From: Eledone cirrhosa
Lineage: Eukaryota
DNA length: 64,000 nt
Direction: 5' to 3'
Assembly (NCBI GenBank): GCA_964016885.1
Contig: OZ024759.1
Location: 11,036,001 to 11,100,000 of the forward strand
This document shows, piece after piece, positions 63,015 to 64,000 of this stretch; position 1 is the first letter of the stretch, and each line of letters begins with the position of its first letter. A program made the position numbers and the translations under genes. Below the pieces are notes generated by a model. It made no database searches. It was not told the origin of the DNA and saw nothing but the letters and a program-made list of their open reading frames with translations.

Positions 63015-64000
63015 AGGTAGATGGCTCAGTGGTTAGGTTGTTTCACTCACAGTTGTGAGTTCCTCAGTTCAATGCCCAACAAAACCTTTTGTGCTTGAGC
63101 AAGACACTTCACTTCACATTGCTCCAGTCCATTGTGTCCTTGAGCAAGACACTTTATTTCACGTTGCTCCAGTCCATTGTGTCCTTGAGCAAGACACTTT
63201 ATTTCACGTTGCTCCAGTCCACTATGTCCTTGAACAAGACACTTTATTTCACATTGCTCCAGTCCATTGTGTCCTTGAGAAAGACATTTTATTTCACATT
63301 GCTCCAGTCCATTGTGTCTTTGAGCAAGACACTTTATTTCACGTTGCTCCAGTCCATTGTGTCCTTGAGCAAGACACTTTATTTCACATTGCTCCAGTCC
63401 ACTGTGTCCTTGAGCAAGACACTTCACTTCACATTGCTCCAGTCCACTGTGTCCTTGAACAAGACACTTCACTTCACATTGCTCCAGTCCACTGTGTCCT
63501 TGAGCAAGACACTTCACTTCACATTGCTCCAGTCCACTGTGTCCTTGAACAAGACACTTCACTTCACATTGCTCCAGTCCACTGTGTCCTTGAGCAAGAC
63601 ACTTTATTTCACATTGCTCCAGTCCACTGTGTCCTTAAGCAAGACACTTTATTTCACATTGCTCCAGTCCACTGTGTCCTTGAGCAAGACACTTTATTTC
63701 ACATTGCTCCAGTCCACTGTGTCCTTAAGCAAGACACTTTATTTCACGTTGCTCCAGTCCACTGTGTCCTTGAGCAAGACACTTTATTTCACATTGCTCC
63801 AGTCCACTGTGTCCTTGAGCAAGACATTTTATTTCACATTGCTCCAGTTTACTCAGCTGTAGAAATGAGATGATAGGGACTGGGGTCCCTATCATTCCAC
63901 TGCAAAGTGGTCGTGGAGGTGCCACGTCCAAAAAGCACCCAGCACTCACTGTAAATGAGGTTGGTGTTAGGAAGGGCATCCAGCTGTAGAAATCAAGCCA
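63015..64000 (+). mobile_element. SINE family B with a 45 bp CORE-like array (about 17 copies, 63093-63848), running off the window
   Basis: tRNA-like head, array, then the normal SINE B body. Confidence 0.9.

Overview
Eukaryotic, AT-rich and very repeat-dense DNA. The SINE/RTE/microsatellite content suggests an octopod cephalopod (inference, not proven). The only host gene I can support is the 3' part of a long-chain fatty acid transport protein (FATP, SLC27A1/4-like): nine GT-AG exons on + between 1213 and 16798 that splice in frame to about 454 aa, with the N-terminal exons upstream of the window. The rest is tRNA-derived SINEs, RTE and CR1 LINE fragments, a deleted DD37D (maT) transposon, piggyBac-, hAT-, pogo- and Helentron-like non-autonomous elements, microsatellites and many minisatellites. 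Nearly all long ORFs in the track are repeat artefacts. Two patterns stand out. (1) Several inverted-repeat insertions beside (TA)n tracts carry type I hammerhead ribozyme motifs (Penelope-like/retrozyme-like), and in three of them the inversion point lies just 5' of the ribozyme GAAA. (2) Short internal segments of transposable elements have been tandemly amplified in place at many loci, including about 30 tRNA-like SINE heads antisense inside a FATP intron. All coordinates and copy numbers were counted by eye.
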